64,000 nt of DNA from Eledone cirrhosa (taxonomy: Eukaryota), in contig OZ024750.1 of the NCBI GenBank assembly GCA_964016885.1, positions 31,124,001 through 31,188,000 on the forward strand, read 5' to 3'. The notes under the pieces are model-generated. The model was given only the letters and a program-made list of their open reading frames with translations. It was not told the origin of the DNA and did not search any database. The position numbers were made by a program, and so were the translations under genes. Every line of letters starts with the position of its first letter. Within the stretch, counting starts at the first letter, position 1. Below, in pieces: positions 27,430 to 42,300 of the stretch.

Positions 27430-29580
27430 CTAACATAACATGTACAGACCTCTCTCAGAAGAGATAGACCTAGTGTACACTAACATAACATGTACAGACC
27501 TCTCTCAGAAGAGATAGACCTAGTCTACACTAACATAAGATGTACAGACCTCTCTCAGAAGAGATAGACCTAGTGTACACTAACATAACATGTAGAAACC
27601 TCTCTCAGAAGAGATAGACCTAGTGTACACTAACACAACATGTAGAAACCTCTCTCAGAAGAGATAAACCTAGTGTACACTAACATAACATGTACAGACC
27701 TCTCTCAGAAGAGATAGACCTAGTGTACACTAACATAACATGTAGAAACCTCTCCCAGAAGAGATAAACCTAGTGTACACTAACATAACATGTACAGACC
27801 TCTCTCAGAAGAGATAAACCTAGTGTACACTAACATAACATGTAGAAACCTCTCCCAGAATAGATAAACCTAGTGTACACTAACATAACATGTAGAATCC
27901 TCTCCCAGAAGAGATAAACCTAGTGTACACTAACATAACATGTACAGACCTCTCTCAGAAGAGATAAACCTAGTGTACACTAAAATAAGATGTACAGACC
28001 TCTCTCAGAAGAAATAGACCTAGTGTACACTAACATAACATGTACAGACCTCTCTCAGAAGAGATAAACCTAGTGTACACTAACATAACATGTAGAAACC
28101 TCTCTCAGAAGAGATAGACCTAGTGTACACTAACATAACATGTACAGACCTCTCTCAGAAGAGATAAACCTAGTGTACACTAACATAACATGTACAGACC
28201 TCTCCCAGAAGAGATAGACCTAGTGTACACTAACATAACATGTAGAAACCTCTCTCAGAAGAGATAGACCTAGTGTACACTAACATAACATGTAGAAACC
28301 TCTCTCAGAAGAGATAAACCTAGTGTACACTAACATAACATGTACAGACCTCTCTCAGAAGAGATAGACCTAGTGTACACTAACATAACATGTAGAAACC
28401 TCTCTCAGAAGAGATAAACATAGTGTACACTAACATAACATGTACTGACCTCTCTCAAAAGCGATAGACCTAGTGTACACTAACATAACATGTACAGACC
28501 TCTCTCAGAAGAGATAGACCTAGTGTACACTAACATAACATGTACAGACCTCTCTCAGAAGAGATAGACCTAGTCTACACTAACATAAGATGTACAGACC
28601 TCTCTCAGAAGAGATAGACCTAGTGTACACTAACATAACATGTAGAAACCTCTCTCAGAAGAGATAGACCTAGTGTACACTAACACAACATGTAGAAACC
28701 TCTCTCAGAAGAGATAAACCTAGTGTACACTAACATAACATGTACAGACCTCTCTCAGAAGAGATAGACCTAGTGTACACTAACATAACATGTAGAAACC
28801 TCTCCCAGAAGAGATAAACCTAGTGTACACTAACATAACATGTACAGACCTCTCTCAGAAGAGATAAACCTAGTGTACACTAACATAACATGTAGAAACC
28901 TCTCCCAGAATAGATAAACCTAGTGTACACTAACATAACATGTAGAATCCTCTCCCAGAAGAGATAAACCTAGTGTACACTAACATAACATGTACAGACC
29001 TCTCTCAGAAGAGATAAACCTAGTGTACACTAAAATAAGATGTACAGACCTCTCTCAGAAGAAATAGACCTAGTGTACACTAACATAACATGTACAGACC
29101 TCTCTCAGAAGAGATAGACCTAGTGTACACTAACATAACATGTAGAAACCTCTCTCAGAAGAGATAGACCTAGTGTACACTAACATAACATGTACAGACC
29201 TCTCTCAGAAGAGATAAACCTAGTGTACACTAACATAACATGTACAGACCTCTCCCAGAAGTGATAGACCTAGTGTACACTAACATAACATGTAGAAACC
29301 TCTCTCAGAAGAGATAGACCTAGTGTACACTAACATAACATGTAGAAACCTCTCTCAGAAGAGATAAACCTAGTGTACACTAACATAACATGTACAGACC
29401 TCTCTCAGAAGAGATAGACCTAGTGTACACTAACATAACATGTAGAAACCTCTCTCAGAAGAGATAAACCTAGTGTACACTAACATAACATGTACTGACC
29501 TCTCTCAAAAGCGATAGACCTAGTGTACACTAACATAACATGTACAGACCTCTCTCAGAAGAGATAGACCTAGTGTACAC
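27430..29580. repeat. Tandem duplication of a 21-monomer (1,050-bp) block, present again at about 40.8-42.8 kb
   Basis: TGTACTGACCTCTCTCAAAAGCGATAG at 28441/29491 and 41640/42690; TGTAGAATCC at 27891/28941; TAACACAACA at 27631/28681. Confidence 0.9.
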
Positions 29581-31449
29581 TAACATAACATGTACAGACC
29601 TCTCTCAGAAGAGATAGACCTAGTGTACACTAACATGACATGTACAGACCTCTCCCAGAAGAGATAGACCTAGTGTACATTAACATAACATGTAGAAACC
29701 TCTCTCAGAAGAGATAGACCTAGTGTACACTAACATAACATGTAGAAACCTCTCTCAGAAGAGATAGACCTAGTGTACACTAACATAACATGTAGAAACC
29801 TCTCCCAGAAGGGATAGACCTAGTGTACACTAACATAACATGTAGAAACCTCTCTCAGAAGAGATAGACCTAGTGTACACTAACATAACATGTACAGACC
29901 TCTCTCAGAAGAGATAGACCTAGTGTACAGTAACATAACATGTACAGACCTCTCTCAGAAGAGATAGACCTAGTGTACACTAACATAACATGTAGAAACC
30001 TCTCTCAGAAGAGATAGACCTAGTGTACACTAAAATAACATGTACAGACCTCTCTCAGAAGAGATAGACCTAGTGTACACTAACATAACATGTAGAAACC
30101 TCTCCCAGAAGAGATAGACCTTGTGTACACTAACATTTACATGTACAGACCTCTCTCAGAAGAGATAGACCTAGTGTACACTAACATAACATGTACCGAC
30201 CTCTCTCAGAAGAGATAGACCTAGTGTACAGTAACATAACATGTACAGACCTCTCCCAGAAGAGATAGACCTAGTGTACACTAACATAACATGTAGAAAC
30301 CTCTCTCAGAAGAGATAGACCTAGTGTACACTAACATAACATGTAGAAACCTCTCCCAGAAGGGATAGACCTAGTGTACACTAACATAACATGTAGAAAC
30401 CTCTCTCAGAAGAGATAGACCTAGTGTACACTAACATAACATGTACAGACCTCTCCCAGAAGAGATAGACCTAGTGTACACTAAAATAAGATGTAGAAAC
30501 CTCTCCCAGAAGAGATAGACCTAGTGTACACTAACATAACATGTACAGACCTCTCCCAGAAGAGATAGACCTAGTGTACACTAAAATAAGATGTACAGAC
30601 CTCTCTCAGAAGAGATAGACCTAGTGTACAATAACATAAGATGTACAGACCTCTCTCAGAAGAGATAGACCTAGTGTACACTAACATAACATGTACAGAC
30701 CTCTCTCAGAAGAGATAGACCTAGTGTACACTAACATAACATGTAGAAACCTCTCTCAGAAGAGATAGACCTAGTGTACACTAACATAACATGTACAGAC
30801 CTCTCTCAGAAGAGATAGACCTAGTGTACACTAACATAACATGTACAGACCTCTCTCAGAAGAGATAGACCTAGTGTACACTAACATGACATGTACAGAC
30901 CTCTCCCAGAAGAGATAGACCTAGTGTACACTAACATAACATGTAGAAACCTCTCTCAGAAGAGATAGACCTAGTGTACACTAACATAACATGTAGAAAC
31001 CTCTCTCAGAAGAGATAGACCTAGTGTACACTAACATAACATGTAGAAACCTCTCCCAGAAGGGATAGACCTAGTGTACACTAACATAACATGTAGAAAC
31101 CTCTCTCAGAAGAGATAGACCTAGTGTACACTAACATAACATGTACAGACCTCTCTCAGAAGAGATAGACCTAGTGTACACTAATATAACATGTAGAAAC
31201 CTCTCCCAGAAGAGATAGACCTTGTGTACACTAACATTTACATGTACAGACCTCTCTCAGAAGAGATAGACCTAGTGTACACTAACATAACATGTACCGA
31301 CCTCTCTCAGAAGAGATAGACCTAGTGTACAGTAACATAACATGTACAGACCTCTCCCAGAAGAGATAGACCTAGTGTACACTAACATAATATGTAGAAA
31401 CCTCTCCCAGAAGAGATAGACCTAGTGTACAATAACATAAGATGTACAG

Positions 31450-34400
31450 ACCTCTCTCAGAAGAGATAGACCTAGTGTACACTAACATAACATGTACAGA
31501 CCTCTCTCAGAAGAGATAGACCTAGTGTACACTAACATAACATGTAGAAACCTCTCTCAGAAGAGATAGACCTAGTGTACACTAACATAACATGTAGAAA
31601 CCTCTCTCAGAAGAGATAGACCTAGTGTACACTAACATAACATGTACAGACCTCTCCCAGAAGAGATAGACCTAGTGTACACTAAAATAAGATGTAGAAA
31701 CCTCTCCCAGAAGAGATAGACCTAGTGTACACTAACATAACATGTACAGACCTCTCCCAGAAGAGATAGACCTAGTGTACACTAAAATAAGATGTACAGA
31801 CCTCTCTCAGAAGAGATAGACCTAGTGTACACTAACATAACATGTAGAAACCTCTCCCAGAAGAGATAGACCTAGTGTACAATAACATAAGATGTACAGA
31901 CCTCTCTCAGAAGAGATAGACCTAGTGTACACTAACATAACATGTACAGACCTCTCTCAGAAGAGATAGACCTAGTGTACACTAACATAACATGTAGAAA
32001 CCTCTCTCAGAAGAGATAGACCTAGTGTACACTAACATAACATGTAGAAACCTCTCTCAGAAGAGATAGACCTAGTGTACACTAACATAACATGTAGAAA
32101 CCTCTCTCAGAAGAGATAGACCTAGTGTACACTAACATAACATGTAGAAACCTCTCTCAGAAGAGATAGACCTAGTGTACAGTAACATAACATGTACAGA
32201 CCTCTCCCAGAAGAGATAGACCTAGTGTACACTAACATAACATGTAGAAACCTCTCTCAGAAGAGATAGACCTAGTGTACACTAACATAACATGTACAGA
32301 CCTCTCTCAGAAGAGATAAACCTAGTGTACACTAACATAACATGTACAGACCTCTCCCAGAAGAGATAGACCTAGTGTACACTAACATAACATGTACAGA
32401 CCTCTCTCAGAAGAGATAGACCTAGTGTACACTAAGATAACATGTAGAACCTCTCTCAGAAGAGATAGACCTAGTGTACACTAACATAACATGTACAGAC
32501 CTCTCTCAGAAGAGATAGACCTAGTGTACACTAACATAACATGTAGAAACCTCTCTCAGAAGAGATAGACCTAGTGTACACTAATATAACATGTAGAAAC
32601 CTCTCTCAGAAGAGATAGACCTAGTGTACACTAAAATAACATGTACAGACCTCTCTCAGAAGAGATATACCTAGTGTACACTAACATAACATGTAGAAAC
32701 CTCTCCCAGAAGAGATAGACTTAGTGTACACTAACATAACATGTAGAAACCTCTCCCAGAAGAGATAGACCTAGTGTACACTAACATAACATGTACAGAC
32801 CTCTCTCAGAAGAGATAGACCTAGTGTACACTAACATAACATGTACAGACCTCTCTCAGAAGAGATAGACCTAGTGTACACTAACATAACATGTAGAAAC
32901 CTCTCTCAGAAGAGATAGACCTAGTGTACACTAACATAACATGTAGAAACCTCTCTCAGAAGAGATAGACCTAGTGTACACTAATATAACATGTAGAAAC
33001 CTCTCTCAGAAGAGATAGACCTAGTGTACACTAACATAACATGTAGAAACCTCTCTCAGAAGAGATAGACCTAGTGTACACTAACATAACATGTACAGAC
33101 CTCTCTCAGAAGAGATAGACCTAGTGTACACTAACATAACATGTAGAAACCTCTCTCAGAAGAGATAGACCTAGTGTACACTAACATAACATGTAGAAAC
33201 CTCTCTCAGAAGAGATAGACCTAGTGTACAGTAACATAACATGTACAGACCTCTCCCAGAAGAGATAGACCTAGTGTACACTAACATAACATGTAGAAAC
33301 CTCTCTCAGAAGAGATAGACCTAGTGTACACTAACATAACATGTAGAAACCTCTCCCAGAAGGGATAGACCTAGTGTACACTAAGATAACATGTAGAACC
33401 TCTCTCAGAAGAGATAGACCTAGTGTACACTAACATAACATGTACAGACCTCTCTCAGAAGAGATAGACCTAGTGTACACTAACATAACATGTAGAAACC
33501 TCTCTCAGAAGAGATAGACCTAGTGTACACTAAAATAACATGTACAGACCTCTCTCAGAAGAGATAGACCTAGTGTACACTAACATAACATGTAGAAACC
33601 TCTCCCAGAAGAGATAGACTTAGTGTACACTAACATAACATGTACAGACCTCTCTCAGAAGAGATAGACCTAGTGTACACTAACATAACATGTAGAAACC
33701 TCTCCCAGAAGAGATAAACCTAGTGTACACTAACATAACATGTACAGACCTCTCTCAGAAGAGATAAACCTAGTGTACACTAACATAACATGTAGAAACC
33801 TCTCCCAGAATAGATAAACCTAGTGTACACTAACATAACATGTAGAATCCTCTCCCAGAAGAGATAAACCTAGTGTACACTAACATAACATGTACAGACC
33901 TCTCTCAGAAGAGATAGACCTAGTGTACACTAACATAACATGTACAGACCTCTCTCAGAAGAGATAGACCTAGTGTACACTAACATAACATGTAGAAACC
34001 TCTCTCAGAAGAGATAGACCTAGTGTACACTAACATAACATGTAGAAACCTCTCTCAGAAGAGATAGACCTAGTGTACACTAACATAACATGTACAGACC
34101 TCTCCCAGAAGAGATAGACCTAGTGTACACTAAAATAAGATGTAGAAACCTCTCCCAGAAGAGATAGACCTAGTGTACACTAACATAACATGTACAGACC
34201 TCTCCCAGAAGAGATAGACCTAGTGTACACTAAAATAAGATGTACAGACCTCTCTCAGAAGAGATAGACCTAGTGTACACTAACATAACATGTAGAAACC
34301 TCTCCCAGAAGAGATAGACCTAGTGTACAATAACATAAGATGTACAGACCTCTCTCAGAAGAGATAGACCTAGTGTACACTAACATAACATGTACAGACC

Positions 34401-36350
34401 TCTCTCAGAAGAGATAGACCTAGTGTACACTAACATAACATGTAGAAACCTCTCTCAGAAGAGATAGACCTAGTGTACACTAACATAACATGTAGAAACC
34501 TCTCTCAGAAGAGATAGACCTAGTGTACACTAACATAACATGTAGAAACCTCTCTCAGAAGAGATAGACCTAGTGTACACTAACATAACATGTAGAAACC
34601 TCTCTCAGAAGAGATAGACCTAGTGTACAGTAACATAACATGTACAGACCTCTCCCAGAAGAGATAGACCTAGTGTACACTAACATAACATGTAGAAACC
34701 TCTCTCAGAAGAGATAGACCTAGTGTACACTAACATAACATGTACAGACCTCTCTCAGAAGAGATAAACCTAGTGTACACTAACATAACATGTACAGACC
34801 TCTCCCAGAAGAGATAGACCTAGTGTACACTAACATAACATGTACAGACCTCTCTCAGAAGAGATAGACCTAGTGTACACTAAGATAACATGTAGAACCT
34901 CTCTCAGAAGAGATAGACCTAGTGTACACTAACATAACATGTACAGACCTCTCTCAGAAGAGATAGACCTAGTGTACACTAACATAACATGTAGAAACCT
35001 CTCTCAGAAGAGATAGACCTAGTGTACACTAATATAACATGTAGAAACCTCTCTCAGAAGAGATAGACCTAGTGTACACTAAAATAACATGTACAGACCT
35101 CTCTCAGAAGAGATAGACCTAGTGTACACTAACATAACATGTAGAAACCTCTCCCAGAAGAGATAGACTTAGTGTACACTAACATAACATGTAGAAACCT
35201 CTCCCAGAAGAGATAGACCTAGTGTACACTAACATAACATGTACAGACCTCTCTCAGAAGAGATAGACCTAGTGTACACTAACATAACATGTACAGACCT
35301 CTCTCAGAAGAGATAGACCTAGTGTACACTAACATAACATGTAGAAACCTCTCTCAGAAGAGATAGACCTAGTGTACACTAACATAACATGTAGAAACCT
35401 CTCTCAGAAGAGATAGACCTAGTGTACACTAATATAACATGTAGAAACCTCTCTCAGAAGAGATAGACCTAGTGTACACTAACATAACATGTAGAAACCT
35501 CTCTCAGAAGAGATAGACCTAGTGTACACTAACATAACATGTACAGACCTCTCTCAGAAGAGATAGACCTAGTGTACACTAACATAACATGTAGAAACCT
35601 CTCTCAGAAGAGATAGACCTAGTGTACACTAACATAACATGTAGAAACCTCTCTCAGAAGAGATAGACCTAGTGTACAGTAACATAACATGTACAGACCT
35701 CTCCCAGAAGAGATAGACCTAGTGTACACTAACATAACATGTAGAAACCTCTCTCAGAAGAGATAGACCTAGTGTACACTAACATAACATGTAGAAACCT
35801 CTCCCAGAAGGGATAGACCTAGTGTACACTAAGATAACATGTAGAACCTCTCTCAGAAGAGATAGACCTAGTGTACACTAACATAACATGTACAGACCTC
35901 TCTCAGAAGAGATAGACCTAGTGTACACTAACATAACATGTAGAAACCTCTCTCAGAAGAGATAGACCTAGTGTACACTAAAATAACATGTACAGACCTC
36001 TCTCAGAAGAGATAGACCTAGTGTACACTAACATAACATGTAGAAACCTCTCCCAGAAGAGATAGACTTAGTGTACACTAACATAACATGTACAGACCTC
36101 TCTCAGAAGAGATAGACCTAGTGTACACTAACATAACATGTAGAAACCTCTCCCAGAAGAGATAAACCTAGTGTACACTAACATAACATGTACAGACCTC
36201 TCTCAGAAGAGATAAACCTAGTGTACACTAACATAACATGTAGAAACCTCTCCCAGAATAGATAAACCTAGTGTACACTAACATAACATGTAGAATCCTC
36301 TCCCAGAAGAGATAAACCTAGTGTACACTAACATAACATGTACAGACCTC
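31450..36350. repeat. Tandem duplication, offset 2,448 bp (49 monomers minus 2 nt)
   Basis: The 49-bp variant TAAGATAACATGTAGAACCT occurs at 32433/34881 and 33382/35830, with matching variant order in between. Confidence 0.85.
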
Positions 36351-39300
36351 TCTCAGAAGAGATAAACCTAGTGTACACTAAAATAAGATGTACAGACCTC
36401 TCTCAGAAGAAATAGACCTAGTGTACACTAACATAACATGTACAGACCTCTCTCAGAAGAGATAGACCTAGTGTACACTAACATAACATGTAGAAACCTC
36501 TCTCAGAAGAGATAGACCTAGTGTACACTAACATAACATGTACAGAACTCTCTCAGAAGAGATAGACCTAGTGTACACTAACATAACATGTACAGACCTC
36601 TCTCAGAAGAGATAGACCTAGTGTACACTAACATGACATGTACAGACCTCTCCCAGAAGAGATAGACCTAGTGTACACTAACATAACATGTAGAAACCTC
36701 TCTCAGAAGAGATAGACCTAGTGTACACTAACATAACATGTAGAAACCTCTCTCAGAAGAGATAGACCTAGTGTACACTAACATAACATGTAGAAACCTC
36801 TCCCAGAAGGGATAGACCTAGTGTACACTAACATAACATGTAGAAACCTCTCTCAGAAGAGATAGACCTAGTGTACACTAACATAACATGTACAGACCTC
36901 TCTCAGAAGAGATAGACCTAGTGTACAGTAACATAACATGTACAGACCTCTCTCAGAAGAGATAGACCTAGTGTACACTAACATAACATGTAGAAACCTC
37001 TCTCAGAAGAGATAGACCTAGTGTACACTAAAATAACATGTACAGACCTCTCTCAGAAGAGATAGACCTAGTGTACACTAACATAACATGTAGAAACCTC
37101 TCCCAGAAGAGATAGACCTTGTGTACACTAACATTTACATGTACAGACCTCTCTCAGAAGAGATAGACCTAGTGTACACTAACATAACATGTACCGACCT
37201 CTCTCAGAAGAGATAGACCTAGTGTACAGTAACATAACATGTACAGACCTCTCCCAGAAGAGATAGACCTAGTGTACACTAACATAACATGTAGAAACCT
37301 CTCTCAGAAGAGATAGACCTAGTGTACACTAACATAACATGTAGAAACCTCTCCCAGAAGGGATAGACCTAGTGTACACTAACATAACATGTAGAAACCT
37401 CTCCCAGAAGAGATAGACCTAGTGTACACTAACATAACATGTATAGACCTCTCCCAGAAGAGATAGACCTAGTGTACACTAAAATAAGATGTAGAAACCT
37501 CTCCCAGAAGAGATAGACCTAGTGTACACTAACATAACATGTACAGACCTCTCCCAGAAGAGATAGACCTAGTGTACACTAAAATAAGATGTACAGACCT
37601 CTCTCAGAAGAGATAGACCTAGTGTACACTAACATAACATGTAGAAACCTCTCCCAGAAGAGATAGACCTAGTGTACAATAACATAAGATGTACAGACCT
37701 CTCTCAGAAGAGATAGACCTAGTGTACACTAACATAACATGTACAGACCTCTCTCAGAAGAGATAGACCTAGTGTACACTAACATAACATGTAGAAACCT
37801 CTCTCAGAAGAGATAGACCTAGTGTACACTAACATAACATGTAGAAACCTCTCTCAGAAGAGATAGACCTAGTGTACACTAACATAACATGTAGAAACCT
37901 CTCTCAGAAGAGATAGACCTAGTGTACACTAACATAACATGTAGAAACCTCTCTCAGAAGAGATAGACCTAGTGTACAGTAACATAACATGTACAGACCT
38001 CTCCCAGAAGAGATAGACCTAGTGTACACTAAAATAAGATGTACAGACCTCTCTCAGAAGAGATAGACCTAGTGTACACTAACATAACATGTAGAAACCT
38101 CTCCCAGAAGAGATAGACCTAGTGTACACTAACATAAGATGTACAGACCTCTCCCAGAAGAGATAGACCTAGTGTACACTAACATAACATGTAGAAACCT
38201 CTCCCAGAAGAGATAGACCTAGTGTACACTAACATAAGATGTAGAAACCTCTCTCAGAAGAGATAGACCTAGTGTACACTAACATAACATGTACAGACCT
38301 CTCCCAGAAGAGATAGACCTAGTGTACACTAACATAACATGTAGAAACCTCTCTCAGAAGAGATAGACCTAGTGTACACTAACATAACATGTAGAAACCT
38401 CTCCCAGAAGGGATAGACCTAGTGTACACTAAGATAACATGTAGAACCTCTCTCAGAAGAGATAGACCTAGTGTACACTAACATAACATGTACAGACCTC
38501 TCTCAGAAGAGACAAACCTAGTGTACACTAACATAACATGTAGAAACCTCTCCCAGAAGAGATAGACTTAGTGTACACTAACATAACATGTACAGACCTC
38601 TCTCAGAAGAGATAGACCTAGTGTACACTAACATAACATGTAGAAACCTCTCACAGAAGAGATAAACCTAGTGTACACTAACATAACATGTACAGACCTC
38701 TCTCAGAAGAGATAAACCTAGTGTACACTAACATAACATGTAGAAACCTCTCCCAGAATAGATAAACCTAGTGTACACTAACATAACATGTAGAATCCTC
38801 TCCCAGAAGAGATAAACCTAGTGTACACTAACATAACATGTACAGACCTCTCTCAGAAGAGATAAACCTAGTGTACACTAAAATAAGATGTACAGACCTC
38901 TCTCAGAAGAAATAGACCTAGTGTACACTAACATAACATGTACAGACCTCTCTCAGAAGAGATAGACCTAGTGTACACTAACATAACATGTAGAAACCTC
39001 TCTCAGAAGAGATAGACCTATTGTACACTAACATAACATGTACAGAACTCTCTCAGAAGAGATAGACCTAGTGTACACTAACATGACATGTACAGACCTC
39101 TCCCAGAAGAGATAGACCTAGTGTACACTAACATAACATGTAGAAACCTCTCTCAGAAGAGATAGACCTAGTGTACACTAACATAACATGTAGAAACCTC
39201 TCTCAGAAGAGATAGACCTAGTGTACACTAACATAACATGTAGAAACCTCTCCCAGAAGGGATAGACCTAGTGTACACTAACATAACATGTAGAAACCTC

Positions 39301-42300
39301 TCTCAGAAGAGATAGACCTAGTGTACACTAACATAACATGTACAGACCTCTCTCAGAAGAGATAGACCTAGTGTACAGTAACATAACATGTACAGACCTC
39401 TCTCAGAAGAGATAGACCTAGTGTACACTAACATAACATGTAGAAACCTCTCTCAGAAGAGATAGACCTTGTGTACACTAAAATAACATGTACAGACCTC
39501 TCTCAGAAGAGATAGACCTAGTGTACACTAACATAACATGTAGAAACCTCTCCCAGAAGAGATAGACCTTGTGTACACTAACATTTACATGTACAGACCT
39601 CTCTCAGAAGAGATAGACCTAGTGTACACTAACATAACATGTACCGACCTCTCTCAGAAGAGATAGACCTAGTGTACAGTAACATAACATGTACAGACCT
39701 CTCCCAGAAGAGATAGACCTAGTGTACACTAACATAACATGTAGAAACCTCTCTCAGAAGAGATAGACCTAGTGTACACTAACATAACATGTAGAAACCT
39801 CTCCCAGAAGGGATAGACCTAGTGTACACTAACATAACATGTAGAAACCTCTCTCAGAAGAGATAGACCTAGTGTACACTAACATAACATGTACAGACCT
39901 CTCCCAGAAGAGATAGACCTAGTGTACACTAAAATAAGATTTAGAAACCTCTCCCAGAAGAGATAGACCTAGTGTACACTAACATAACATGTACAGACCT
40001 CTCCCAGAAGAGATAGACCTAGTGTACACTAAAATAAGATGTACAGACCTCTCTCAGAAGAGATAGACCTAGTGTACACTAACATAACATGTAGAAACCT
40101 CTCCCAGAAGAGATAGACCTAGTGTACAATAACATAAGATGTACAGACCTCTCTCAGAAGAGATAGACCTAGTGTACACTAACATAACATGTACAGACCT
40201 CTCTCAGAAGAGATAGACCTAGTGTACACTAACATAACATGTAGAAACCTCTCTCAGAAGAGATAGACCTAGTGTACACTAACATAACATGTAGAAACCT
40301 CTCTCAGAAGAGATAGACCTAGTGTACACTAACATAACATGTAGAAACCTCTCTCAGAAGAGATAGACCTAGTGTACACTAACATAACATGTAGAAACCT
40401 CTCTCAGAAGAGATAGACCTAGTGTACAGTAACATAACATGTACAGACCTCTCCCAGAAGAGATAGACCTAGTGTACACTAAAATAAGATGTACAGACCT
40501 CTCTCAGAAGAGATAGACCTAGTGTACACTAACATAACATGTAGAAACCTCTCCCAGAAGAGATAGACCTAGTGTACACTAACATAAGATGTACAGACCT
40601 CTCTCAGAAGAGATAGACCTCGTGTACACTAACATAACATGTAGAAACCTCTCCCAGAAGAGATACACCTAGTGTACACTAACATAACATGTACAGACGT
40701 CTCCCAGAAGAGATAGACCTAGTGTACACTAAAATAAGATGTACAGACCTCTCTCAGAATTGATAGACCTAGTGTACACTAACATAACATGTACAGACCT
40801 CTCTCAGAAGAGATAGACCTAGTGTACACTAACATAACATGTACAGACCTCTCTCAGAAGAGATAGACCTAGTCTACACTAACATAAGATGTACAGACCT
40901 CTCTCAGAAGAGATAGACCTAGTGTACACTAACATAACATGTAGAAACCTCTCCCAGAAGAGATAAACCTAGTGTACACTAACATAACATGTACAGACCT
41001 CTCTCAGAAGAGATAAACCTAGTGTACACTAACATAACATGTAGAAACCTCTCCCAGAATAGATAAACCTAGTGTACACTAACATAACATGTAGAATCCT
41101 CTCCCAGAAGAGATAAACCTAGTGTACACTAACATAACATGTACAGACCTCTCTCAGAAGAGATAAACCTAGTGTACACTAAAATAAGATGTACAGACCT
41201 CTCTCAGAAGAAATAGACCTAGTGTACACTAACATAACATGTACAGACCTCTCTCAGAAGAGATAGACCTAGTGTACACTAACATAACATGTAGAAACCT
41301 CTCTCAGAAGAGATAGACCTAGTGTACACTAACATAACATGTACAGACCTCTCTCAGAAGAGATAAACCTAGTGTACACTAACATAACATGTACAGACCT
41401 CTCCCAGAAGAGATAGACCTAGTGTACACTAACATAACATGTAGAAACCTCTCTCAGAAGAGATAGACCTAGTGTACACTAACATAACATGTAGAAACCT
41501 CTCTCAGAAGAGATAAACCTAGTGTACACTAACATAACATGTACAGACCTCTCTCAGAAGAGATAGACCTAGTGTACACTAACATAACATGTAGAAACCT
41601 CTCTCAGAAGAGATAAACATAGTGTACACTAACATAACATGTACTGACCTCTCTCAAAAGCGATAGACCTAGTGTACACTAACATAACATGTACAGACCT
41701 CTCTCAGAAGAGATAGACCTAGTGTACACTAACATAACATGTACAGACCTCTCTCAGAAGAGATAGACCTAGTCTACACTAACATAAGATGTACAGACCT
41801 CTCTCAGAAGAGATAGACCTAGTGTACACTAACATAACATGTAGAAACCTCTCTCAGAAGAGATAGACCTAGTGTACACTAACACAACATGTAGAAACCT
41901 CTCTCAGAAGAGATAAACCTAGTGTACACTAACATAACATGTACAGACCTCTCTCAGAAGAGATAGACCTAGTGTACACTAACATAACATGTAGAAACCT
42001 CTCCCAGAAGAGATAAACCTAGTGTACACTAACATAACATGTACAGACCTCTCTCAGAAGAGATAAACCTAGTGTACACTAACATAACATGTAGAAACCT
42101 CTCCCAGAATAGATAAACCTAGTGTACACTAACATAACATGTAGAATCCTCTCCCAGAAGAGATAAACCTAGTGTACACTAACATAACATGTACAGACCT
42201 CTCTCAGAAGAGATAAACCTAGTGTACACTAAAATAAGATGTACAGACCTCTCTCAGAAGAAATAGACCTAGTGTACACTAACATAACATGTACAGACCT

